Part shown: piece by piece, positions 41,802 to 54,929 of the stretch
How positions within the stretch are numbered: the stretch's first letter is position 1
How the letters are laid out: the number at the start of each line of letters is the position of its first letter
From: Paraspadella gotoi
Lineage: Eukaryota; Animalia; Chaetognatha
Assembly (NCBI GenBank): GCA_051294375.1
Contig: CM119266.1
Location: forward strand, 19,479,657 to 19,543,656
Reading direction: 5' to 3'
Length of the DNA: 64,000 nt
Translations under genes and position numbers: made by a program
Notes under the pieces: generated by a model
Seen by the model: the letters and a program-made list of their open reading frames with translations, nothing else
The model's database searches: none
Told to the model about the DNA's origin: nothing

Positions 41802-42960
41802 AATCAGCCTTGTTGGAAATCGGTTAAACTCGCTAATCCATCATGCCTTAAAAACGGGCAGTCCAATCTCGTTCTGTGGATTGTCTTCGGAAGTTTTGAC
41901 GCTTTCTACGACGTCGCCTACTTGCTTTTTTTGCTTTTTAGTTTATTCGCCGTTTATAATTTATAAATGACGTTCGAGAATCTCCTTTCCACTCTTGAAA
42001 CACTTCCGCACTTTGTTGATTCGATCTCTGTGTTGAGTGCGTGTGGCGCACAATAATCGCTGTTCATTTAATTCCGCGTAACTCTTGGCTAGATCTAAGT
42101 TGAGGATTAAAATTTTACAAGTACGTAGATTATGAACTCCTGAATATCAATAAAGATTAATTTTTAAATATTTTTTTAAATTTACGCATTTGGGACAACC
42201 AATTTTTATATTCATTTACTAAATATGCATTCATGGAATCATGGAGCAAGTATAAGCCAACCCGTAAGTTGTATTATTTTATTAGTATAAGGTTCATTCT
42301 TTACTTGTAGAATTGTATTATTTTAAATTTTCACTACGCTTTACTGTTGGCGTAATGCCTTTTAAAATATAAAAAAAACTCTTTGCTACTTATATTGATT
42401 ATTAAATTTTTCTGTTGACATTCCATTCTTCCTGCTGTTTGTTCCTATGTCTAGTATTTTCTTTTTAGATTTTTATTAGTTTACTATCAACTTAAGGATG
42501 GGGATATTTTCTGAAAATGTTTTTTTTTAAAGACATATTTTTTAATTTTAAATAGCAGATTAGAAAGTTTAAATAATTATAAATGTATCTGAATTTTATT
42601 TTATATACAAGAGTAATGTAATAATTCTCAAGTCATCTGAAAAGGTTCTGCATTGGAATTGTTTCGTGAACATTAGCCAACAATAGCAAATATTGTTAAA
42701 TAATGTCGTAATACGTGCATTGTTTCTTGCTGAATCCTCGGAGAGGATGTTGCAGTATGTACTATAGAGAAACTACTATTATTTATGATTTTCTGTATTT
42801 TTCTATGTGATCAAATGCGTAATAAGATCATTTCCTTTAAAAGAATCAAATCGTACGTCTGTTTACCTCATGCCATTTCGTAGTTTTCATGATAGACTTA
42901 AAACATTGTTTTCATTTGATTTTGAAGGTTAGAAAGCACAGAGCTCAAAAAGGCGTGGTC

Positions 42961-42974
42961 CGACCAATTGGTCG
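42961..42974. promoter_or_regulatory. Perfect 14-bp palindrome CGACCAATTGGTCG (double CCAAT) in a GC-rich patch upstream of PURA
   Basis: Direct reading. About 180 bp upstream of the PURA ATG; candidate promoter. Confidence 0.4.
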
Positions 42975-43148
42975 TTAGTCGCCGGATATCCAGTTCGGGA
43001 ATTCACCACGGGAAGGAAAACAAACACAATCATAATATTTACTCTGTTCAGAGTAAACTTAAAGCTAATTTTCAACTAGTCAAATAAATGTTAAATGATA
43101 TCCTAAGTTCAGTACTAATGATTGCCGACAAGAGTGGATTTTTCCTTC

Positions 43149-45128
43149 ATGAGAATGAGCGACCAGCATAAATATGGAGCTGGTTCTAAAGGTATGTTCG
43201 ATGATCCATAATTGATATACAAGTCATTTTCTAGAGAAGCTGGAAGTTGAATAAAGTTTGTCTAATATTTATTTGTTTAATTAAAATTTAAAATTCCGTT
43301 TTAAATTTATCAGAACGTGGGGCCGATACAGGTGGTCCCTCTCGTGGGGCTCACGGTATGGGACCCAATCGAGGAGCGGTGGGCGTGGGTCGAGACTCTC
43401 CAGACGGAGATGGGTCTCACGAGGAGGAGTTGGCCACCAAGATGCTGCAGATTCAGTCGAAGAGGTTCTATCTAGACGTTAAACAAAATCGACGGGGGAG
43501 ATTCATGAAGATTGCCGAGGTCGGAGCCGGTGGAAAAAAATCCAGGCTTCTTCTGTCTATGTTTACGGCGTCAGAGTTCAGGGATCACTTGTCGGTTAGT
43601 TAAATGTTTTTCCATAGTTTTTTTTTTTTCGAAAAATGCATTACGAAATAAATCTTCAGTTTTATAATTGATTAAATAGGATTTCAGTGACCATTACGCG
43701 TCATTGGGTCCAACGATCCCAGAAGCTCTGGCTGATGACGGAAAACTGAAGAGCGAGATCATTGTCAGAGACAACCGTCGATACTATCTCGATCTGAAGG
43801 AAAACCAGCGAGGTCGATTTCTAAGGGTTTCTCAAACCAATCCTAGGTATTTCCTAATGATTTTTAACCGCTCCTTGGTCAAGGCGCTCTTCATCCTTCT
43901 CTTTAGAATTAGAAGCTCTTTACATAGATTCTGGATTCAGCATATATCTTAAACTAAGCGTTCGCTTTTTTTTATATTTCATGTTTAATAAAAATTGATT
44001 TAATTTTCAGAAACGGATATGTCTTAAAATTTGGGAGTGATACGTATATATTGTAAATATGTATAACATGTAAATTTAAAAAAAAAAATTATCATCTTTC
44101 TTATTGATTTGACGTTTTATTTCAGACGGAATCAAGGGGGTCGATCCCAGATTGCCATTCCCGCCCAGGGTTTGATTGAGTTTCGCGACGCGTTGACCGA
44201 CTTGTTGGAAGAATTCGGAGCCGACGACGGAGACGAGGGCGCCATCGTCGCCAAGCTTCCCGCATCCCGATTCATGCGCGCCGACAACAAGATCTTTTAT
44301 TTCGACGCCGGAAACAACGAGCGGGGAACGTTCTTACGCGTTTCGGAGGTAAACAAATAACTGGGCTGAAAACAGAAAAGGGCTGAGATAATCGATTGAT
44401 TCGATTCTTTTGTTGGGGGTTCGGCCGTAAACCGCCTTGGGGGAGTGGAAAAGCCTCGAGCCTTGTTCCAAGCCCTAGGACCCGTTCCATTGCTGCCGAG
44501 AGGGCAAAAAAAGATATTGATAGTAGTCTTCAGTCCACCTTGTGCCTTATCCACAAATTTTACTTATATATGTTCCGTGGTAAATTGACTTTAATAAGCG
44601 TTTTGTTTTTACATTTAAGGTACGAACGAATTTTCGTACCGCCGTCACGATCCCAGAAAAGTTCTGGCCAAAATTTCGCGATACTCTTGGCGACATCATA
44701 GTCGAGTATCATGACAATAAAAAATCAAAAGACGGGAAGAAGCCCAACGGAAACGGGGTAAGACCTCATTTAGTTAAAAGATGCTCCAAATTCTTAATAA
44801 TGTAATTTGTTTGTTTTAGGTTTTAGACACTGAGGACGACTATCCAGAACAGTTTGTCGAAGAATTAGAAGAGAAGCGAAGTAAATGCAGTGAGGAAGAG
44901 GAGGAGGAAGAAGAAGAAGAAAAGAAAGAATCAGAAAAGGCCGAGTCTCCCTTGAAGACGGATGATGACTGTTCCGGCAAACCCGCTGACCAAGAATCGT
45001 CGGACTCGGATGCTGGATTGGTCGCGGATATCCCATCGGTTTCGGTCTCGGATTTACCGTCAGACCTGCCACAAGATTTGCCATTAAACTCGCCGTCGAC
45101 TCCGCCCAAGGCCGACGAGGGAAATTGA
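43149..45128 (+). CDS. PURA: Pur-alpha family ssDNA/RNA-binding protein with an acidic C-terminal extension, 6 exons
   Basis: Three PUR repeats: [55 protein letters not shown]...[15 protein letters not shown] and [22 protein letters not shown]. Start at 43149 or 43155. Confidence 0.94.
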
Positions 45129-46877
45129 AATTGTCGCAACGTCTTTTCAAAGTTCTTTCTTAGGATATTTGTATTTGCGCAAACTAGTCCGCATAGGCAA
45201 TTAGGCAATTAGGCAATTAGGCATAGAACTGAAATATTGGATTTTTCCCCTTGTCTATATAAATACGTGCGGTAGAAACTACGTGTAGAAAATTAAAACA
45301 TATCAATCAAGAATGAAATTTTCAGTTAAACTTAAAGGTTTTCTTTTTTTAAATAGTCATACATTCCGATTTTATTGAAGTCGTATTCGAATTATTATGT
45401 TCATTTATATATATTTTTTTTATTTTTAAATTTTTTATATTTGGCAGTTTTTTTGTTGTTACTTTTCTTATGATTCTAGTCATTGTGTATAAATTTTTCA
45501 CTGCCTTTGATTATAATTAGTTTGATCTATGTTAATTTTTAGGAGAAGTCAAAACACGCGTGTAAGTCTTTCGGCGCTCATATCGCACTATTTCTAATCA
45601 AACTTAAATGCGTCGTTTCTGTTTTCATTATTTGTTACTTTTTATCTCTCGTGATTAGTTATGTAAATGACCCTTACGACTAGATAAGAATTCGTTACAA
45701 ACGTTGTTCCTTCGGTCAAATGAAGAATGTTAGTGAAACAAAATCTCGTCCCTCATTGGTTGCTTTAACAGGTTTAAAATTTACTTTCTCTCTGATAGTT
45801 GATAGTGAAAAAATTTTGTAACCTGTTAAATTGATCCCCATCTAACGTGTGAGACTAGTTTAATTCTCACTGATCGTTAATACTCCACATTCTCATTCGT
45901 GGCCCTTTTTTGCCACCATTCACCACTGTGATGACTGATTTCAATTCAAGGTTGACTCTTTAGATTTGAGATTTCGCCCGGTAATCCTCACAATTTGTCA
46001 GGATTTATCCATATAGTACGATCAATGGATCTCGAGAAATTAACTGCTTAGGAAATACTTAGTATCTATCTTTTCATCATTTTAGGCTTAATAATATTTT
46101 GCGAATATTTTGTTAAGCAGTTAGTTTCTGAGGAAAGCCGTCGCTTTTTGTTCTTACATTTGTCTCTGTCCCTGTTACATTCTGCAAGCTTAATCCATGT
46201 TTAGCCCTAAATTTTGCAACAATTCGTATTGAAAATGCTATCTTCTGTAAACAACCAGACTTCTGCTTACTTTTAGAAATAATTTAATGTTCAACGAAGT
46301 ATATTTAGATAAAAAAACTTGCTCGTTTGTTTTTAACCGTTATAAAGACTACTTGGCCAACTCGCCATAACGTATTTGTCAATATTTTCTCTTAAAAGTT
46401 TTTTTCTCTTCATAAATTACAATTCCCCCAAAATATTCTTGAACATGTTGACAGATTTTCACTTTTTTTTGGATTTACTATAGATTATGATTATCTAGTA
46501 TCTACGTTACTTAATAATTTCGCAGCTTTGGTAGTTTCCCTGAGTCATCGGTGTGATTATTGCCAAAGAAAAACATCCTCTAGTCATTATCATCCACCAC
46601 TGTTATACATTTTTTTAATGAAAAAATTGATCGATTAGGAATATTTTGTTTGCAATAATTTGTTTAAAAACTTAAAAAATCACACTAAAAATATTTTCAT
46701 CAACCACTGCTACGTACGCTTCTTCAAATCAAACGTTTTAGTGTATAATGTCAATTTGCCTCGATGTTTAACAGTGTAACACTCCCCCAGTAAGATTATT
46801 TTACTTGCTCGTCTCCGTGAAAAACTTTTTATTCGATCATTTCTCTCTACAGATATTTATGTAGGTTTATTTAAGCG

Positions 46878-49800
46878 ATGGAGAACGGCGATGATTCCCT
46901 TCACGCCGCCTGTAACTCTTGTTATTATTCTGTCGGGCGTCACGGTTTAAGCGGCAGTTGCTGCCCCCTCGTCGCCTGCACTAATCCCGATTGCCGCTTT
47001 AAGATTCATTCCTGTAAGCTCGCCGACCACCTCGAAGGCGTTTGCCAATTTCAGCGCGTCGCCTGCGTTAACAAGTGCAATGGTTGCCCCTTTGAAGTTG
47101 AGCGTGGAAGGATGCATCTTCATCTGTCACGTTGCCCGGCTTCGGTAGTACGATGCTCGGCCGAGTGGAATCGTTGGCCCATAGAAAAGCCCAACAGAAA
47201 GAAGTCCTTCGTTACCGATCAAGTTGGGATCGGTCAATGGGGTGGTGATACCTCTTCCCTTGACCTCGCCTTTGCCAAAAGGGATCAACGTCTTTTCTAC
47301 GAAAGTCTTAAGATTCCACTCAAACTCAAAAGCGTGCTCAAGAACTCTGTCAACAAAAAATTTCCCGCCGTTCCAGTGGAGGTTCCGCTTTTATGGCTTG
47401 GCTACGAAGAAACTAATTCAACTCGGTCTACTAGTTCGACGACTGTCAGTTCCGGTACATGCCTTTCCATTTTCTCCTTAGATCTATATTAGACACATTT
47501 TTTTCCGCAACAACTTCAGAAAACCACCATTCGATTCGAAATAAAATTCTTCTTTTGAATGATGTGCTATATGATTAACTTATTTAAGATTTCGCTTGAC
47601 CCAGTGGCGTCAAAGTTCCACATGCGTCAGATTCATTGATTTACATATATTTTGAAACGTTGAAGGGATCTTATGTGATGTTTTTAATCATTATGGATTG
47701 AAATGAATGTAAAACTCCGATGTAGTTGTAATTTATTAAAAATTAATAAAAAAGTATTAAGCAAAATATACCGGAAGTGTAATTTTAATATTTTTAAACC
47801 AATTTATCTTCTCTCATGAAAGTGATGGCAAGAGGCAAACAATTCTTGCATTGTTATTGTTAACTGAATCTTTAAACTTGAAGTTCATAGAACACTGTTT
47901 GGCTTAGGGTGAGATCGACGATGTTCTTCAACGCCCTGAAGCATTGCTTCGTGTTGCATTTTATTACGGGTTATTGAACCGTTGTAATCACTTGCAAATT
48001 TAACCACCCTCTCCCCAGCATCATTGAGTGGCGAAAATCCATTTACAAGCTTGCAGAATGAGTGGTAGTTGGCGTTATCATTAAATTCTTCCACAGGTTT
48101 TGACAAAAAAGATGGCTCAAAGTGACAAAGCTGTGTAATAATTATAATTATCATTGAAACAAATATATGAAATTGGTACAACCAATATAAAAATTATCCA
48201 TTCATTTAATAAATAAGCTATCTTATATAATAATAATTAAATATAAAAATTATTGATAAAATATTGCAAATGAACCTGAAAAAACAACCATGAATCAGAC
48301 GAAACCTAATCTTCTAATTTGCTGTTTTCATATACGCATGGTATTTCCGGCTTTCCCATTTCTACTTGGACCTTTTCAGAGCTCAAGAGGGCTTCAGCCA
48401 TCGACATTCTAGTTGAGTTTGAGACTTTTTTTGAAGCCAAAGTGAGAATAACCAAGCGGCCAGAAAGATATTCGGTATGTAAATCAATCTTTCTTAGTCC
48501 AGCATGTGCCCCATCGCGATTCCTTGATCGCCACGCCATTAGATCTTCATGAAGGGAGAGAGTAAGGAATGGAGCATCCACCATGAATGGACAGCAGAAC
48601 CAGTAATAAAATTGAATGTACAAGATGTAATTAGACATCACTAAGACATCCATTTTCTGCTGGTGACTCAAAACGAAAGAATCACCAACGATCAGCATTT
48701 TGAGAATGTAGAGGCAGCTACCCATCCAATGAGCGTGATGTATCATGCTTAGCCTTTTTGTCACGTGAAGTTGAGCTTCTTTGCCGAAGAAAAACAGACG
48801 AGATCAACTGACTTCATATTAATTTTATTATGAGTGTGCTTTTGGCAATATAATGATAATTATTTCTAAAATCTAAATAAATTTGCAAACTACAAAGCAT
48901 TTTGTGCATAATTATTTATCTAATTTTACTCTACTCATATTCTACTAAAAATATGATATTGTAACCTTTTTCCTTAGTTCTTCCTTAGTTCTTCCAAATT
49001 GTTTTCAGGTGAAGCAAAGGGATTCGCGCGTCACCCAGTTTCCAAAGGTTAATTCTTGAGCTACGACATTAGCAGTCTCATTTTTATCTCGTTGGTTTTT
49101 GGGCTGAGTGTAAAAAATGTCAAAGAACCGTTCCAATACTGCTGCCCCTTTGGTGGTTCTGCCGGCGGTGGTCGAAAGTTCACTAAGCGCTTGCAAATAC
49201 CGAATTCGGGAAACAGAGGAAACTCATCCCCTGTAGCAGAAGCGATGTTCATGATTAATGGACTGTCTGTAAAAAAAGATAATAAATAAATAATTAATAA
49301 TTAATAAATTAAAGAATAACTATCTATCAGTCACAGAAATTTAATAATTAACTAAATTATATCGAAAAATAATAAATATTGTAACTGAGAAAGAGTTCCA
49401 ATTTGGATGTTGTTACCTAGTTGCTTTCAACTCGCCTGGGTCAAGCGAAATATTTTTAGAAATTAATTAAATTATATACCAAACGAAAGAGAATTTTATT
49501 TCGAATCGAATGGTGGTTTTCCGAAGTTTCTATGACCATTTGTTGCGGAAAAAAATGTGTCTAATCTATATCTTTATATTTAAAAAAAAACGTACTCAGG
49601 ATCTCTTACCTCCTCCAGGGTTTTAAATTTGATCTATTGAAGCGTCTTCAACTTTTCCCCTTTTTCCCAGACGATGATCCGACGACTCCATGGAATCGGA
49701 GTAAGTCACCTCCTGGCCTCGTCAGCAGCATCACGTCCAGCAAACTGTTCCATCCGCCGCCAATATTCGACATCGAGGGTCCCGTCTCCTCTGGGGATTT

Positions 49801-51485
49801 ACTTTCTCTTCGCGGCTTACTCTATTATCTCCGTCAAGTTTCGAGATGTGTGGGCGAAGATCGCGACCTCGCCATCAACGTCGAGAATGTCGAGGAAATT
49901 CTGTCTCAAGTGGAGAAAAACGCTGCCGCAGTCAAAGCCGTCGCCGATGCCGTTTTAGTCGACCTCGTCGTCTATCCCAAGAAAATCGCTGAACAACTTC
50001 GTCATGTTGCCTCGGATTTGGAGGATTGGATCGCCGATTTTCTTGAAATCGTCGAGAATCTTAGCCTCATCTTCCGTCGAATCCCGGTTCCGGAGATCTG
50101 CAGACTCGATAGCGAAACACAAACGGATTCCGTCTTCAACGCGGTGCTTCTGCGGAAAGCTCATTTAGGAATCTTGCGTCAAATCGAGGAAGCCCTTTCG
50201 ATAACGACCTCCATGGCCATTGAATTGGACAACGCCTTGGCCATCACTGAGGACACCAAACCTAATGAAATATCTAGAAGTTTGTTAGCATTTGTGGTCC
50301 AGCCTTTGAAAATCGCTACTTCCTTAAACCAAAGCACAATGGAATCCGTTGGCTCGAAGGACAATCATCCCGTCCCATTTTATTGTAACGTCGACGAGAC
50401 GGAAACTGTGTCACCGCCAAAACCGTTCAGTCTTAAAGTTCCACCTTTTGGGCGAAATTTCGGACTTGCAGGACTTAAGCAACTCGCCGACACATACAAA
50501 CCTTTGGAGAACCTAAAAACTGACGTAAACGTTAATGCTCAAGTCGAGATTTTTAAAATCAAGCCGAGTACCCCATCATCGTCAGTGTCTTCCAATGAGG
50601 ATCTTTCTTTAAGACTTGAAAAAGAAATGATGTCCAGGTTTCAGTCAAAACCTAAAACTATGTACACTTTCTTATGCGCACGAGATTTTCGTAGGGATGA
50701 AATCGCTATGCACGTGCGTTCCTGTCACGACGTGATCGAACCTGGCTTAGGTGGTTGGGTTGAAAAAAGATGTCCTCTTGCCAGGTTATCTCATTACCTT
50801 TGGTTTGAGTAAAAGGCGTTTGATTACGGTTTCGTATGTCTACTTGTAGACTTGGTTGTCCCTATGTTTGCTACCCGGTGGGGCCTTCGTCCGGACGCGT
50901 CGTTTTCGACACACACCTACAATCATTCGCTATTCGGGTGGACTCCTCGGTTTCTGAAGACTCTTCATCATTGGAAAGGTGTCCTGTCGAAATTTTGCAA
51001 TCGATTTTCGTCCACCTGGATGGGGCATCGATGAACAACTTGGCTCTGACATCTACGAAAATGCGAGACGTCTGCTACTCGCTTTTAGAGCTGAAAGGGC
51101 TCGTTGTCCCTGTATGGAAAAGAATCGCCAGACGTAAGTTTTAATTTTAGAATGTAATCCTGTGAAGTCCTACTAAGAATTGAATTAAGGTTCTTTATTT
51201 AGGTCTCCCGGTTTCCATACAAGAAAATATCTTAATTATTACATTTGTCCAGGTTCTGAAGAAATTTCTTCGGCTTGGCGCGTTTCCCACTATCGTTGGA
51301 AGTTCAGCTCGAACGTGAACATTCCCTCGTGGCGTCTGACGGAGGATGCCTGGAAGATGACTGATCATCTCTCAAAATGTCCCTTCAATATTGTTGACGC
51401 CAAAACGGAGAAAACTCTTGTCGTTTTCCAAAAGCCTTGGGAAACTCATAAGTCTAAGTCTCGGAACAAAAAAAAATCTTTTTAA
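46878..51485 (+). CDS. FBXO30: F-box only protein 30/40-like (TRAF-type Zn finger plus C-terminal F-box), 4 exons
   Basis: HSCKLADHLEGVCQFQRVACVNKCNGCPF...HLSRCPASVVRCSAEWNRWP; MYTFLCARDFRRDEIAMHVRSCHDVIEPGLGGWVEKRCPLA; F-box LERCPVEILQSIFVHLDG; final exon WKFSS...DHLSKCPFN; stop at 51483-51485. Confidence 0.88.
47885..49252 (-). mobile_element. Degenerate DDE DNA-transposase remnant (hAT-superfamily, hATm-like) nested antisense in FBXO30 intron 1
   Basis: Fragments HHAHWMGSCLYILKMLI, DAPFLTLSL, LHTEYLSGRLVILTL and PLNDAGERVVKFASDYN...MLQGVEEHRRSHP resemble the recalled motifs HxARWMAKxIYxLK, HLWYLSEEL and VVNDxAERGV...LLQVVExHR of this family. Stops interrupt the 5' part. No terminal inverted repeats identified. 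Confidence 0.6.
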
Positions 51486-51771
51486 GTCTTTTTGTTTTAA
51501 TCACTTTTTTGTTAATAGACTAGATTTGAGATAATAATTTCCGATGCTGGTTTCTTCGGGCCTCCTCCCCTCTCTTTTTTTTTATATTTTTTTAATTTTT
51601 TTTTATATTTCTGCATATTCCTGAGTGGATTGAGCGTTTGCGTTTTTAGTTTCATCGTACGCATATGAAAGCCGAGTTGCCGATTTCTTTGATAGACTTA
51701 GACAATATCGACTTAATTTATTCATTTTCGTACTTGCTCAGTAATACTTCATTTATAAATCTTTATGGACA

Positions 51772-53248
51772 ATGGCAACGGCGTTCGATGATAAGGATGC
51801 TGATTTAGGTCCTGATTTGACAGCGTTCCCTAAAAGTCCAATTCGTCCATCTCCCTCTCTGCCTGAGTTTCGACGAAATATTGTTTTGTCCGTCCGTGGC
51901 ACCCTAACTAACGTTCTCAAATATGGAGACCTTAATGGGGACACGCGAGCGCTGGCAATCATTGTTCCTGGAAACCCCGGAGTTCCGCAGTTCTACGATC
52001 ATTTTATGAAGACCCTGCATTTATCTAGTGGTGGGACTCTTCCGGTGTGGTGTATCTCGCATGCAGGTCACGTTTATATAGATAATTATCCACACCGCTT
52101 CGAAAAAGATCCGCACTTAACTCTCGAAGGACAGGTCCAACACAAAATCGCCTTTTTTGAGGAACATGTTGTCCCCGAATTTAAAAATCTTGCTAAGACT
52201 ACTTCCAAAGTTAATAACTTGGATGCTGACGTTTCCTTTCCAAAGATAATTTTTATCGGACATTCTATTGGTTGTTGGATAATTCTGGAAGTTATGAAAA
52301 AGTTGCTGCCTCAACTAGAAAGCTTAATTTTCAAGGCTTACCTACTGTTTCCTACCATAGGTAAATACTAAATACCTCATTAGTCATTACCCGAATTGAT
52401 CTAGCTCTTGTAACAATAAATTTACTCTGTGAAAAATAAAGCAAATAAGGGTTAAAGGTTTAGCACGAGTTCCCCCAAATTTATATTTTTTATACAACTT
52501 TTCTATAGCCTTAATTTTGTTTTTGTTTTTAGAACGTATGGCCATCAGTCCAAATGGTCGGTTTTTAACTCCTATCGTCACTTACGTTTCCCCGTGGGTT
52601 ATCAGTCTTCCATTCCGCCTCTTTGAACTTCTTCCACGGTCTTGGCAGATTATTTTACTGCGTTTTTACTTCCGGAGTCATGATCAATTACACGATTCAA
52701 TTCTGGAGGCAGCGTTAAGTTACGCTCATCCTTGGTGCATTGCCAACTCTTTGCAAATGTACTACGAAGAGGCTAATACTGTGGTCGACGCTGATATTGG
52801 TGCGAACCTTTTTATATGACATTCCTCTTCTTATTTTTAAATTTTTTTTAAACGTTAAATATCCCGAATTTTAACCGTTAAAGATTAAAGTTGGTGGAAT
52901 TAGTAATACTTTTCATCTATATTTATACTATTACCAATCAGATTATTAAAAATAAAAATCTTAAGGAATTGTTTAAATTTCGTATGGCTTCGGTTTTTAA
53001 ATTTGGCACTCTTTTTACATTATTTAGATTTCATCCAATCGAAGAAGTCGAAGCTAAGGTTTTACTATGGAGCGTTTGACGATTGGGTTCCGTCTACTTG
53101 TTATTCACAGATGAAAAAAGTTTTCCCAGAAGACGAAGTTCTTCTCTGTACGGAAGGTTACATCCACGCTTTCGTTTTAGAAAACAGTGAGGAGATGGGG
53201 CTATTGGTTGCTCAATGGATTGAACATCACATGTCAGAGCCTTTATGA
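51772..53248 (+). CDS. LDAH: Lipid droplet-associated hydrolase (C2orf43-like alpha/beta hydrolase), 3 exons
   Basis: IIVPGNPGVPQFY, ISHAGH, LEGQVQHK, nucleophile elbow IGHSIG, LLFPTIERMAISPNG, FYYGAFDDWVP and HAFV. Confidence 0.92.
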
Positions 53249-53505
53249 CTTGTGGATTAAGATATGATAAATTTATCTTACTCTCTAACTGACTCGACCA
53301 ATAGTTTCTTAAAGGCGTGCTAAATTTGCAGTATTTAATTTATATTTACGTTCATCATTAAATTTTTGTCCTGAAAATGCGTTAAAACTGTTCAGTCATT
53401 AATCGTTTTTGTTATTGATTGTAATTTTTTTACAGTACAAAAACTCAATTATAATTATTTAATTTTTTTATATAGTCTCCAACGAGATTCACTCCATCAA
53501 TTCGA

Positions 53506-54602
53506 ATGACCCAACTTCAGGTCAGTACACAAAGCAGTTTTAAACTCGATTCCTTTTTAGCGGGATTTACTTTTACAGATTCCGTCTCTATAATTCACTT
53601 TGTCGGTCCCACATCACATTTTTGTCGAAATACAAAATTACATAAAAAGAATAAAAAAAGGAAAATGATTATGTAAGAATAAAAATTAACAAATGAATAA
53701 ATGAATAATAAAACAAAACAAAAAAGAGGGGGAAAGATTATGAGATTAGCTTGGCAAAAATAGTCTTGTGCAGATCCGTCATTGTTTGCTGCATCTTTTC
53801 TTTTTTTTAGTTGCGCCGCGAATACTCGCGGAGCAAGTCTATAAGTCACTTTTCGGTCGGTCCGTCGTTCGGTATGCTCTTTTATTAAGACAGAAAAAAA
53901 CCTCAAATCTAAGAGCCTGCAAGAGCTGCCTTCAGGAAATTCTAAAACTATAAGGAATAAAAGACGAAATTTTGATGCAATGCATGTCATAAATATACGG
54001 GCTGAGAAATTTATTGTAGTCACGTAGTAATATTATGTCATATCATATTATGTCACGAGAAATACACGTGATAAGGCAGTCACTGTGGCGCAACACATTT
54101 GAATTACCGTTCTTCTTTTCTCAATGAAAAGAAATTGTAACTTGAATACAACAGAACCTGAACAACTTCGACCCGTTCGACGTCAACGAAGATGACGTTG
54201 GTGGGGGAGTAACCAGCGATTCGCTCATTCACGTTCGAATCCAACAACGGAACGGACGTAAGACTCTCACTACTGTGCAGGGCATTGCAGAAAAATTCGA
54301 CAAAAAGCGAATAGTGAAGGCGTTAAAAAAGCAATTCGCTTGCAACGGCACGGTCATAGAACATCCCGAATACGGGGAAGTTATTCAACTTCAGGTGACA
54401 TTTTAACCTGTATTATTTTTTAGCATCCTCAAAAAAGCTCTTCGAGGTTCACAAGATTTTTTTTTCTATATGTAAAATTCTAGAGCAAAATGATCATATG
54501 TTTAAATACCTGTTTCAGGGCGACCAGAGGCATAACGTGCAACAGTTCATGGTGGATAACGGATTAGGACAAAAAGAAACGATCAAGATTCATGGTTTCT
54601 AG
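53506..54602 (+). CDS. EIF1: Translation initiation factor eIF1 (SUI1), 3 exons; missed by the ORF track
   Basis: Exon 53506-53520 (MTQLQ), exon 54155-54394 (NLNNFDPF...IHVRIQQRNGRKTLTTVQGI...KKQFACNGTVIEHPEYGEVIQLQ) and exon 54519-54602 (GDQRHNV...IKIHGF*). Confidence 0.95.
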
Positions 54603-54929
54603 CTTACGATTCGTTGGAGGTGTCGCTTGCTTTTCCGAAAAATGGTTCGGAACCATCGTGACTTTACCTTAATTTGTTGACGTAGTTGTCGCACATTGTT
54701 TTGAAAATGTAGATGTTTTATAAGGCTGTTTGGGGAGGGGTAATCTTTCCTTTAAAGACTTTATATGTTTATATGGTCCTGATAATTACTTTTTATATTT
54801 ACTATAAAAAAAGATTCAGTTTGTTTACAGAAGCCGTAATTCATTCGAAAAATGAGGGGGACATAATTAAAAATTTAATTTTTATTATTAGTTGATAATA
54901 AGCAATACTGAACTAAAATTAAAACCGAA

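Noticed and set aside
41802-46877. One continuous 11-gene operon through kelch, PURA and FBXO30
   Set aside because: The spacers here are 1.35 and 1.75 kb and include a promoter-like CCAAT palindrome, so separate transcription units are equally plausible. Runs A and B are reported separately.
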